A stretch of DNA of 64,000 nt, taken from positions 23,064,001-23,128,000 of the forward strand of contig OZ024751.1 of the NCBI GenBank assembly GCA_964016885.1. Direction: 5' to 3'. The DNA is from Eledone cirrhosa (lineage: Eukaryota). The position numbers were made by a program, and so were the translations under genes. Positions 52,901 to 61,347 of the stretch are shown one piece after another. Numbering within the stretch: the first letter of the stretch is position 1; each line of letters begins with the position of its first letter. The notes beneath the pieces were generated by a model. The model was given only the letters and a program-made list of their open reading frames with translations. It was not told where the DNA came from and searched no databases.

Positions 52901-55011
52901 TTGGGTCAATTTAATTGACTTTTCCCTTCCCCCAAATTGTTAGCCTTGTGCCTAAATCAGAAACCATTATTTATTTTGGGATTAGCTTTGTCTTTCATCC
53001 TTACGGGGTTGATAAAATAAAGTACCGGTAATGCACTGGGCTCGACTTAATCGACTTTCCTTTACCCCAAAATTGTTAGCCTTGTGCCTAAATAGAAACC
53101 GTTATTAATTTCAGGATTAGCTATGTCTTTCATCTTTACAGGGTCAATAAACTAAAGTACCAGTAATGCACTGGGTTGATTGAGTTAATTGACTTTCTCC
53201 TCTCCCAAATTGTTACCTTTGTGCCTAAATCAGAAACAATTATTATTATTATTATTATCCCACCAAAGTCAACTACATCTTTCATCCTTTCAGAGTTGAT
53301 AAATAATGTACCAGTGGTGAAGTTCTGGGGTCGATTGTAATCAAATTAGAAAACCAGAAACCATTATTACACCCCCACCCCCCACACACCCCCACCCCCA
53401 CCCCGCCAACGCCTTATATTGTTTCCTAATGCTTTTATTCAAATATTGCAGATAGAAATAAAATACCTGACTTGCCTGAAGGAACAAGAAAAAGAAAATA
53501 CGGAAGGTCAGACTGAGCAAATAAACCTAGCCAGCAGGTGGGTTGATTAATAAATTATCTATAGGGATATAAGTGATTTTTATTTTTATTCCTTTTGTTG
53601 CTATATTTCTAATGAAAGACATTGTTTAGGATTTTCGAATTATATATATGTCTATCTATCTATCTATCTTTACTATTTATCTAATGATCTATGAACCCAC
53701 CCAAATAGCCAATGTCTGTGTGCTTATTTCTTATAGAAATGACGAGAACTGTTTCATTTGTTTGAAATATTCCGGAAAGAAATCATTTTTGTATGAAATA
53801 AATAAATATGTACTTTCTCTGTTAATGTATTGAGTACATGACTTAACTGTGGTTCTCTTCTGTTGCTCTCCGGAAAATCATTCTTAAATATCATCATCAT
53901 CACCATCATCGTTTAACGTCCATATTCCACACTTGCATGGGTTTGGACGAGGGTTTTCCCACTTGAGGCAAGAGTGGTTGTCTTGCTCGCATAGGACTGT
54001 CTGGCGGGTTTTCTACGGCTGGATGCCCTTCCTAACACCAACCACATTTACAGTGTGGAACTGGGAGGTTTTTACCGTGTTACCTACACGGCCACATTTA
54101 CAGCGTGGACTGTGTGTTTTTTGTTGTGACACCTACACGACCTCATTTGTTTCGGGCTGGATGTTGTGACACCAACATAACTTTACATTGAAGGGGTGGT
54201 GTGGATGGGGTGGGGGTAGTGGGACGGGGTGTATTTTGTTAGAGGTGCCTACTGACTGTAGTAGGTTTCACTTTGTACTTAGGTAATATATGTACACATA
54301 TATAAATGTATGTATATATATGATGATAAATATATATAACTTTGATAACTGATTGGCTTCAGCCAATGTTGGCTTAAGCCATGTCTAACTTAATAGCACC
54401 ACCTGGCAAAGTCTTTCAGATTATAGGTTCACAACCTAGTCATGTTTTTGATGCATTGGTCCACTCTATTTATCCAGAATTTCTTGGAGGAATTTGTCCA
54501 GGGAACATTTGAATATTAAAGCATCTGTTTCTGTCTTGATATATTTCAGTATGATATATATATATATATATACATGTAAAGTTATATTTAAAATTGTTGG
54601 GTTACAACTAGTAAATATTTATAACTGATATAAAAGCACTCGACAAATACTTGGAGTATATTTACAATATTAAATATTAAATAAATGGAAAACTATATTT
54701 ATAAAACCATATTTATTTCATTATATATATTTCGGGGATATCATATTAACAATATGCTATGCCTTCATCAGACAAAATACAATATAAACTGTTTATATTG
54801 TATTTTGTCTGATGAAGGCATAGCATATTGTTAATATGATATCCCCGAAATATATATAATGAAATAAATATGGTTTTATAAATATAGTTTTCCATTTATT
54901 TAATATTGTATATATATATATATATATTTATTAAAATAACAGATTAAAGTTTAAGCAAAGAATCGCTGCTTTCACTCTTAACGGGATTTTAGTCTTCAAA
55001 TTTATTATTAT

Positions 55012-55073
<62 letters not shown>

Positions 55074-55701
55074 TACTTAAATATATATATATATATATAT
55101 CATCATAATCATCATTTTACGTCCGCTTTTCCCTGCTGCAAGGGTGGGACGGGAACTGATTCTGGCTTGATTTCTACAGCTGGATGCCCTTCCTAACACC
55201 AACCTCATTTACAGTGAGTGCTGGGTGCTTTTTTTCCGTGGTGCCTACATGTCCACTTTGCAGTGGAATGATAGGGACCACAGTCCCTATCATCTCATTT
55301 CTACAGCTGAGTAAATATATATATATATATATAAGAATATATATATATATAAGAATATATATATATAAGAATATATATATATATATAAGAATATATATAT
55401 ATAAGAATATATATATATATATAAGAATATATATATATATATAAGAATATATATATATAAGAATATATATATATAAGAATATATATATATATATATATAT
55501 AAGAATATATATATATAAGAATATATATATATATATAAGAATATATATATATATATAAGAATATATATATATATGCCAGACAGCCCTATATGAGCGAGAC
55601 ATGGTCACCCGACCAATCTTGCTTCAAGTAGGACAATTCCCGTCTAAACCCATGCTAGCGTGGAAGATAGACGTTAAACGTTAATGATGATGATGATGAT
55701 G

Positions 55702-55732
<31 letters not shown>

Positions 55733-56556
55733 TGTGTTTGTCTGTGTGTTGTTATTTTAATATTTTCAAATTGCTTCTTCAGTTTAACAAAACAAAGAGA
55801 GGAATATTTTAAAGAAAGAGCCAAGAAGATGAACATGTATAAGACATATTTAGACAAACAGGTGCAAGAAAAGACAGCAAAGTCTTACCAACAACAGTTT
55901 GGTGGAAGTGAAGAGGAGGACACAGCAAGAGAAGAGGAAAAGGAGGAGGATGAGGCAGGCTATTTTGGTAAAAATGATGTGACGGTGGAGATGTTGGCTG
56001 AGAAAAAGAGAAGGGCAAACGAAGCAATGCAAGAACAATTCAAGATGTTGGCTCAACAGAAACGGGAAGAAATATTGAAGAAGATGAAGGAGCAGCAGGA
56101 AGATGAGAAAATACTGAGGAGGAATAGAGCAGAGTGAGTATATTATTATTTGGTACCAGGAGAGAGTGTATGTAGCTGTGGACATGTGTGTTTTTATATA
56201 TATATATATGTATATATATATAGCCTGATAGTGGAGTTTAAAACCCTCTAAAAAATGGAAAATAATTATTATTACTATATATATACAAAGTGTTAAAACG
56301 ATCAAATTTTAGTTTAGAACATTTATTTGCTGACAATTGTTTCTTCCAGATGATTCCAGACTTGCCTCTGGAAGAAACAATTGTCAGCAAATAAATGTTC
56401 TAAACTAAAATTTGATCGTTTTAACACTTTGTATCTCGGCTCTGTAAAACACTTGAAAATTTGCATTGAGCCTTTTGTAACCGGCTAATACTTAGTACTT
56501 CCCTACATATTTATAGTTGTGTTGTATTAAACATATATAAATATAAATATCCTTAT

Positions 56557-56646
<90 letters not shown>

Positions 56647-56986
56647 TATATGTATATATATATATATATATAAACATACATACATACATACATATATATA
56701 TATATATTTATATATTCACAGTTTGCTAAATGACAGAGCTTTGAAATGTCAACGCAACTATGAGTTGCATAAGGAACTGGAGTCAGACTGGAAACACCGT
56801 GCTATGATGAAACAACAGAACCTCAAGAAGGCTAAAGAGAAATTCCAGCAAGTTGATATGTTGGTACAAGACCAGTGTAACCGATACCATCGCTGCCAAC
56901 AGTGTAAGAGGTGTCTGTGGAATCGAGGTTCTGGGAATATTTGGGCAGATACCTATTTTCTTCCAGGTACTAGATATTTTATATGA
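33797..56986 (+). CDS. CCDC81: Coiled-coil domain-containing protein 81-like (two N-terminal HU-like domains), complete, 13 exons, ~743 aa
   Basis: join(33797-33863,35443-35504,37543-37693,38332-38588,41555-41625,47050-47378,47772-47946,48288-48513,50254-50361,51311-51394,53452-53537,55783-56133,56722-56986). 2232 nt; phases consistent. Recognisable CCDC81 blocks: [54 protein letters not shown] and C-terminal [14 protein letters not shown]...NIW...FLPGTR. Confidence 0.92.
33993..34508 (+). mobile_element. Internally deleted Tc1/mariner-superfamily DNA transposon
   Basis: 28-bp TIRs CAGG(G/A)TGATTGAAAAGTAACTC(T/C)CTATT flanked by TA. Degenerate transposase C-terminus HEWPARKP(D)[17 protein letters not shown], read across frameshifts. 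Confidence 0.88.
34681..35225 (-). mobile_element. Helitron 3' fragment (RepHel Pif1 helicase C-terminus plus terminus)
   Basis: [11 protein letters not shown]...[13 protein letters not shown]...[10 protein letters not shown]; GC-rich subterminal stretch, then CTAG end (34681-34684) abutting a (TA)n tract. Confidence 0.92.
35443..35504 (+). CDS. CCDC81: CCDC81 exon 2
   Basis: tttttcag| [21 protein letters not shown] |gtgagt. Confidence 0.9.
36041..36236 (-). mobile_element. SINE family A
   Basis: Reverse complement of family A. Confidence 0.85.
36400..37455 (+). repeat. 20-bp satellite GACTTATGGCTTA(C/T)AGCTAT, ~50 copies
   Basis: Exact 20-nt period visible in register. Confidence 0.98.
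37543..37693 (+). CDS. CCDC81: CCDC81 exon 3
   Basis: ccttag| [15 protein letters not shown]...PYTP G|gtaagt. Confidence 0.92.
37772..38160 (+). repeat. 42-bp tandem repeat derived from the internal unit of SINE family B
   Basis: CACTACCACTTTACAGAGTGTACTGGGTGTATTTT, ~9 copies. Confidence 0.9.
38332..38588 (+). CDS. CCDC81: CCDC81 exon 4 (second HU-like domain)
   Basis: tatag| [10 protein letters not shown]...LLQAMQN |gtaagt. Confidence 0.92.
38665..39205. mobile_element. Penelope-like element pLTR remnant with inverted duplication and hammerhead motif
   Basis: Nested inverted repeats; CTGAGGA-stem-GAAA motif at ~38986-39050; homologous to 54575-55015; embedded in (TA)n. Confidence 0.6.
39228..39613 (-). 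mobile_element. SINE family B
   Basis: Full-length reverse copy. Partial or related copies at 936-1222, 11870-12127, 13684-13800, 35597-35982, 49960-50218, 53893-54145 and 55100-55312. Confidence 0.82.
40430..41022 (+). repeat. 60-bp diverged tandem repeat, ~10 copies
   Basis: GGGCCTTGCTGTGTTGGGAAACCTGGAATAAGTCCAGACACAG.TTGGTTGC.ACAGA. Confidence 0.92.
41555..41625 (+). CDS. CCDC81: CCDC81 exon 5
   Basis: ttcag| [25 protein letters not shown]|gtaaga. Confidence 0.85.
41949..42428 (+). mobile_element. Head-to-tail cluster of three family A SINEs (the third is interrupted)
   Basis: Copies at ~41949, 42178 and 42378; ATTATTTCCACTTAC precedes each. Confidence 0.8.
42429..43527 (+). mobile_element. 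hAT/Charlie-like non-autonomous element with an internal 28-30-bp satellite
   Basis: Left end CAGGCATGTCAAAC; right subterminal GGGCCGCATGTGGCCC.CGGG and degenerate GTTTGA end; ~30 copies of GAGGGCCACATGGGTCACA(TA)TGTGTTGT(C/T)T at 42457-43378. Confidence 0.7.
43998..45060 (+). repeat. AC-rich minisatellite (CACTGACATACATAGACATTCATAGAGACA...)
   Basis: Direct inspection. Confidence 0.92.
45770..46600 (+). repeat. GGT/GTGGT-rich low-complexity minisatellite
   Basis: Direct inspection. Confidence 0.92.
46600..47030 (+). mobile_element. Cluster of 5'-truncated family A SINEs
   Basis: Three GATA.AATAAA.TACCAG cores in tandem. Confidence 0.75.
47050..47378 (+). CDS. CCDC81: CCDC81 exon 6 (acidic linker)
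   Basis: Weak acceptor attaaag| is required for phase 2; in frame with ORF 47081-47419; A|gtaagt. Confidence 0.75.
47772..47946 (+). CDS. CCDC81: CCDC81 exon 7
   Basis: ttttgtag| [11 protein letters not shown]...LNRTR AG|gtgact. Confidence 0.78.
48288..48513 (+). CDS. CCDC81: CCDC81 exon 8 (Cys/His motif)
   Basis: tttcag| ...[22 protein letters not shown]...LTEK |gtagcc. Confidence 0.9.
48514..49210 (+). repeat. 37/60-bp composite tandem repeat starting at the CCDC81 exon-8 donor
   Basis: GTAGCTAACTGTAAAACCTCTTTA units. Confidence 0.9.
49530..49635 (-). mobile_element. RTE LINE reverse-transcriptase fragment
   Basis: [27 protein letters not shown]. Confidence 0.75.
50254..50361 (+). CDS. 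CCDC81: CCDC81 exon 9
   Basis: atttag| [11 protein letters not shown]...INFV |gtaagg. Confidence 0.87.
51311..51394 (+). CDS. CCDC81: CCDC81 exon 10
   Basis: ccacag|CAG (NAGNAG acceptor) [13 protein letters not shown]...LQKQ |gtaagt. Confidence 0.88.
51417..51836 (+). mobile_element. Two tandem piggyBac-type MITEs sharing a TTAA
   Basis: TTAA|CCCTTTAGCATT ... AATGCTAAAGGG|TTAA at 51417-51612 and 51617-51836. Confidence 0.85.
52040..52455 (+). mobile_element. piggyBac-type MITE with a nested family A SINE
   Basis: Same TIRs and TTAA. SINE at 52075-52250 is flanked by the direct repeat ATTATTTTATATATACTATT. Other MITE copies at 41676-41896, 57863-58083 (-) and 62435-62655 (-). Confidence 0.85.
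52573..53365 (+). mobile_element. Cluster of full and partial family A SINEs
   Basis: Five cores in tandem. Confidence 0.8.
53452..53537 (+). CDS. CCDC81: CCDC81 exon 11
   Basis: ttgcag| [15 protein letters not shown]...NLAS AG|gtgggt. Confidence 0.85.
54575..55015. mobile_element. Penelope-like element pLTR remnant containing a perfect palindrome with 117-bp arms
   Basis: Arms 54673-54789 and 54791-54907; CTGATGA...GAAA on both strands. Confidence 0.65.
54801..54866 (+). ncRNA. Minimal type-I hammerhead ribozyme motif
   Basis: Stem I UAUUUUGU/AUGAAAUA, CUGAUGA core, long stem II, GAAA, palindromic UAUAUA stem III, UA cleavage site. Confidence 0.6.
55783..56133 (+). CDS. CCDC81: CCDC81 exon 12 (coiled coil)
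   Basis: cttcttcag| ... GA|gtgagt; in frame with ORF 55829-56137. Confidence 0.9.
56283..56434. repeat. Inverted repeat with 68-bp arms containing a truncated hammerhead motif
   Basis: Arms 56283-56350 and 56367-56434. Confidence 0.93.
56722..56986 (+). CDS. CCDC81: CCDC81 last exon
   Basis: ttcacag| LLNDRA...FLPGTRYFI*. Confidence 0.92.
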
Positions 56987-59795
56987 ATATGTAATGGACA
57001 ATGAAAAAATCCCTCCCCAAGAAACAAATCTGTAGATTGCTACTATTTCATTTGTAGTTGTGTTTCAGTGTTAGTCTTAAGGTTGCAATCATCATCACAG
57101 TCATCATTACCATCACCATCAACACCATCATTCTCATTTTACATCTGCTATTCCAAGTTTGTATGGGTTGGACGAGTCCTTTTCAGTAGAAAATCTCATA
57201 CATAAAAATGTTGTATGGTTGTTTTGTTTTACTCTTAACATCCAGTACTACATGAAACGACATTAGTGAGATATTCTTGAAAATACAAGACACAGACATG
57301 ACTGCATCACTTTAAAACTTAAAGTCTTTAATTTAGTTTACCACACATTTTCACAACAATTTGTCCACTAGTAAAGATGCTATAAACTTTTCAATTAACA
57401 AACTACATGAAACCACATTAACAAGAAATTTTTGAAAACTACAAAACTGTTATGACTGCATCACATGAAAAAATTAAAGTACTTTCTTTAGTTTACTGAA
57501 AATTTTCACAACAAACTTTCTACTAGAAATGATACCATATATATTTGAATTAACAAACCAATTTTAAAAAATATTTTCTACAAAATCATTGCAGGATGTT
57601 AAGAGTTAAGAAAATAATGTATATATTACAAAGACATAAGTATGTTAAAACCATTAGTAACCCTTATTTTATAAAATAACTACAACAACAACAATATTAT
57701 AAGACATTTAAGTCCAATTTGCAGGAATCAAAAAGATCTGCTAAATGAATTGTTTTGTTTTTGAATGACAGTTCTATGTTTTCTTCAAAACACACAAAAT
57801 ATAAAACTAAAAATAATTATACAAAAAGAAGTGATAAGAAATGTTGATTGAAGCTAACTTAACACTTTAGTATTTAAACCAGCTGTATCTGGCCAGAACT
57901 CTCTCATCTCTTTCTGTTCAAACTGGTTGTAACTGGCTGCTCATACTTATGTTCAGGTATTATTCTCAAAATAAATAATATCAGAATCTCGTAGATTCAA
58001 TACTATATGAGATAATTATGTGAGATAAAGCTTTTACTGCAAAAATATGATAGTATATATAGAGTAATGTTAATGCTAAAGGGTTAAGAGAATTTGTAAT
58101 GAATTTTTTAAAACCAAAAACAAACTCGTGGTGAATAATGCTTACTTAATATTGCTTTTAGAATATTCACTTTGACTGCGAATGAATTGACCTTTGTTCT
58201 GTAATCTCAACTGCAATTCAGAGTTATCTCTGGTCATTTTATATTGATGGTGTTTGTTGTGTGTGAGCGAGTTGTTGTGTAGGAGATATATGGTCACTTT
58301 AAGCTTTTTGTTATCCTAATTCTAATGAAAGATGCTGCATATGATTTTCAAATAATTTGAAAATAATCAAGATTATGAAAGGATTTAGTAATATAACTAA
58401 CTTTCCCATTATAAAGCTGTTATTTGGAACATAAATTAACAAAGGCTCTTACACAAAATTATGTCAGGAGATATTTAAGATAAATATAAACACTTAAATG
58501 TATTATTAAAAATGTATTTACCAAACTTCTGTTTATGTGATGAATTTTGTTGGCCTGACAGTGAGAGAGAGACCTAAAGGGGTGTGTGTTTTAGAGACTT
58601 GACTTCTACATCTTAACTGGTCGGTAGAAACTCTAAACAGTTTATATCTTTGAACCAAGAGAGGCTCAGGCTAATAATTCAAACAAATAATTTATTTATA
58701 TGAGTTTTATGAATTACAAAACATTTAAAAAATTTTCTTTTGTAATTTTTACTGAAAGGAAGGAAGTAAAAAAATGATCAAATAGATATATATCCAGTTG
58801 AGAAGATCCATATTAACACTAAGTATAGAACAATTTAAACTATAATTCCATTTACAGGAAACAGCTTTTAGACTCATTCTCTTTTATATACACATATATA
58901 CACCAGGTCCTAATCAAACATGTTGTTTCATGGTCTCTGGTGGACAATATGAACAAAGTAGTTTTGTGAAATATTTGGGATGAGTTCACTAGGCATCATA
59001 AGAGAAAAATAAAAGAATGGTTGACTAACAAGCTCAACAACTAATTTGAAAATGTAATTTCTGAATTTGTGACAAACCTGGTCGTCATGGAAATCACTAT
59101 CGAGTCAGTAACCATTGTCAAACAGAAAGAAGCAGATGTCAAGTAGAACAGAAATGACTTGGTCTTCCTTGATAATTTGATGGTCATGATTTTAATTCTC
59201 ACCTGTGGATCTTACTAAGAGTTGACTGTTGAGCTCATTGATGAAGATGGTGTATTCTTGGTGGCATTTTGTCTGGGACAAGACAATTAGGTTTCACAGG
59301 GTAAATAGGAATTGGTAACAAACTCAATAACTAATTCAATAATAAAACAAATGACTTCTGCTTCTCTTGTCAAGGATTTTAAGTATTCTAGATGACTCTC
59401 TATTCACAGATTTCATTGAGTCGACTAATTATTTGCTTTTTAAAAATTGAATTTGTAAGGTTATAGAGGAGAAAAAGATAAATATTTAGAAATTACCCAT
59501 AAGAAGGTAAAAGATTACCAAAAGTAAAAAAAAAAATTATAAAAGAAATGAAATAATCTGAAAAATATTTTATGAAGTATTTTATTAAAAATTCAGACTT
59601 CAAAAATAAAATCCTTACAACAAAAGTTTAAAAAAAAAATGAAAAACGAGTTATGTGTTCAAATGAATTTCTTAATCTTGCAAAGTCCTTAATCATGTCT
59701 CCAACAGCAAATATGGCTTGTTACATAAATTGTTTCTCCACTCATGATACCAAAATTTTGCTCATTAAATGGACAGCTGGTATAATGGTATAAAG

Positions 59796-59865
59796 GATCA
59801 ATTGCAGATGACTTGTTAGGAAGGCAGATTAATCTGCCTTCCTAACAAGTCATCTGCAATTGATC
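59796..59865. repeat. Perfect 70-bp palindrome with no spacer
   Basis: GATCAATTGCAGATGACTTGTTAGGAAGGCAGATT|AATCTGCC...TTGATC. Confidence 0.97.
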
Positions 59866-60304
59866 ATTTAAGTCACTCACAGGGGATACCCCCTTGATAA
59901 TGAGTTTTTATTTGGGATTATTAAATTTGCTAAGGTAAGATTCTATTGTTATCTTAGCAATTTTAATTTTTTCTAGTGTATTGTATGGTTTTCAAAATCG
60001 TTGTGTATGTGGGTATAAGTTTGTATATGTGGGTATTTGTGCATGTGTTTGTGTTTGTGTGTGTTTGCCGTGCATCTATTTGAAATTGAGAAAAAATACT
60101 TTTTTAACCACATCTTAACTGTAACCTGTCAACAAAATATAGTGAATCATCTTAAGCTATCTTAACAGTCATCTATAAAACATACATTACACACACACAC
60201 ACATATATATGTATACACATATATATGTATACACATATATATATATGAATGTTATGTTATGCATATATATGATATGTACATATATGTGTTATGTATATAT
60301 ATAT

Positions 60305-60345
<41 letters not shown>

Positions 60346-60389
60346 AATCCATGCTAGCATGGAAAGTGGATGTTAAACGATGATGATGA

Positions 60390-60450
<61 letters not shown>

Positions 60451-60549
60451 ATTGCTATATATAATAGATTAAGTAATGACCTTGTAAAGTAGGTTGGGGT
60501 AGATTTCTCTGTAATAGATTTATTCATATTTAGAAATAATTTATTTATA

Positions 60550-61058
60550 TCAACAGGGTACACGACAACAAAATCTCTTTGGCTCTTGTTTCTTCATAAC
60601 TTGAACTATAAGCTTAGCTTCTGCAGTCAAGCTTTTGTTGTACATGTCCTGAGCTACGATGGTAAATTCCATCACACCAGCTTTCAAAGTCCTCGCTAAA
60701 TCTGTGGTCCTTATTACACCCGTTTGGTCATTGATATAAAAATATCCAGGGTTTTCTCCCAGGAGTTTATACTGGTAGACGGAGTCGGTCTTGTCTACGT
60801 CATCAAAGGCAAATGGCGTGGCAACGATGGTGGAACCTGGGAAATGTGTGGAGACCATGTGTTGGTATGTGTCCATTGTGAAATGAGGGGGATTGTCGTT
60901 GATGTCATTCACAATGATCCCTACTTCTTGACTGGTGTTATGTGGAGGGTTCCCGGTGTCAGTAGCATGGACTGTAAATCTAAAATGTTCATAGCCAGCA
61001 TCTCTGTCAATCACTTCTGTTGTTAAAATTGAGCCATCGTTTTTAAGAGTGAAAGGAA
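60550..61058 (-). CDS. Cadherin exon C (apparently terminal)
   Basis: ttctcttctag| VPFTLKNDG...KRFCCRVPC*; AATAAA follows the stop. Confidence 0.88.
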
Positions 61059-61283
61059 CTAGAAGAGAAATTGAAAACAAAAAAAATTAAATGATTAATA
61101 AAAAAAAATATTATACACAAATAAACACAAAAAACGAATCTAGAAAACGAAAAGAGAAACTTCTATAATATGATTATCATCACCATCATCATCATTAACA
61201 TTGTCACCAGCTTCATCACCATCATCATTATCACCATTATCACCACTCCCATCAACATTATCATCATGATCATCACTGTCACT

Positions 61284-61347
<64 letters not shown>

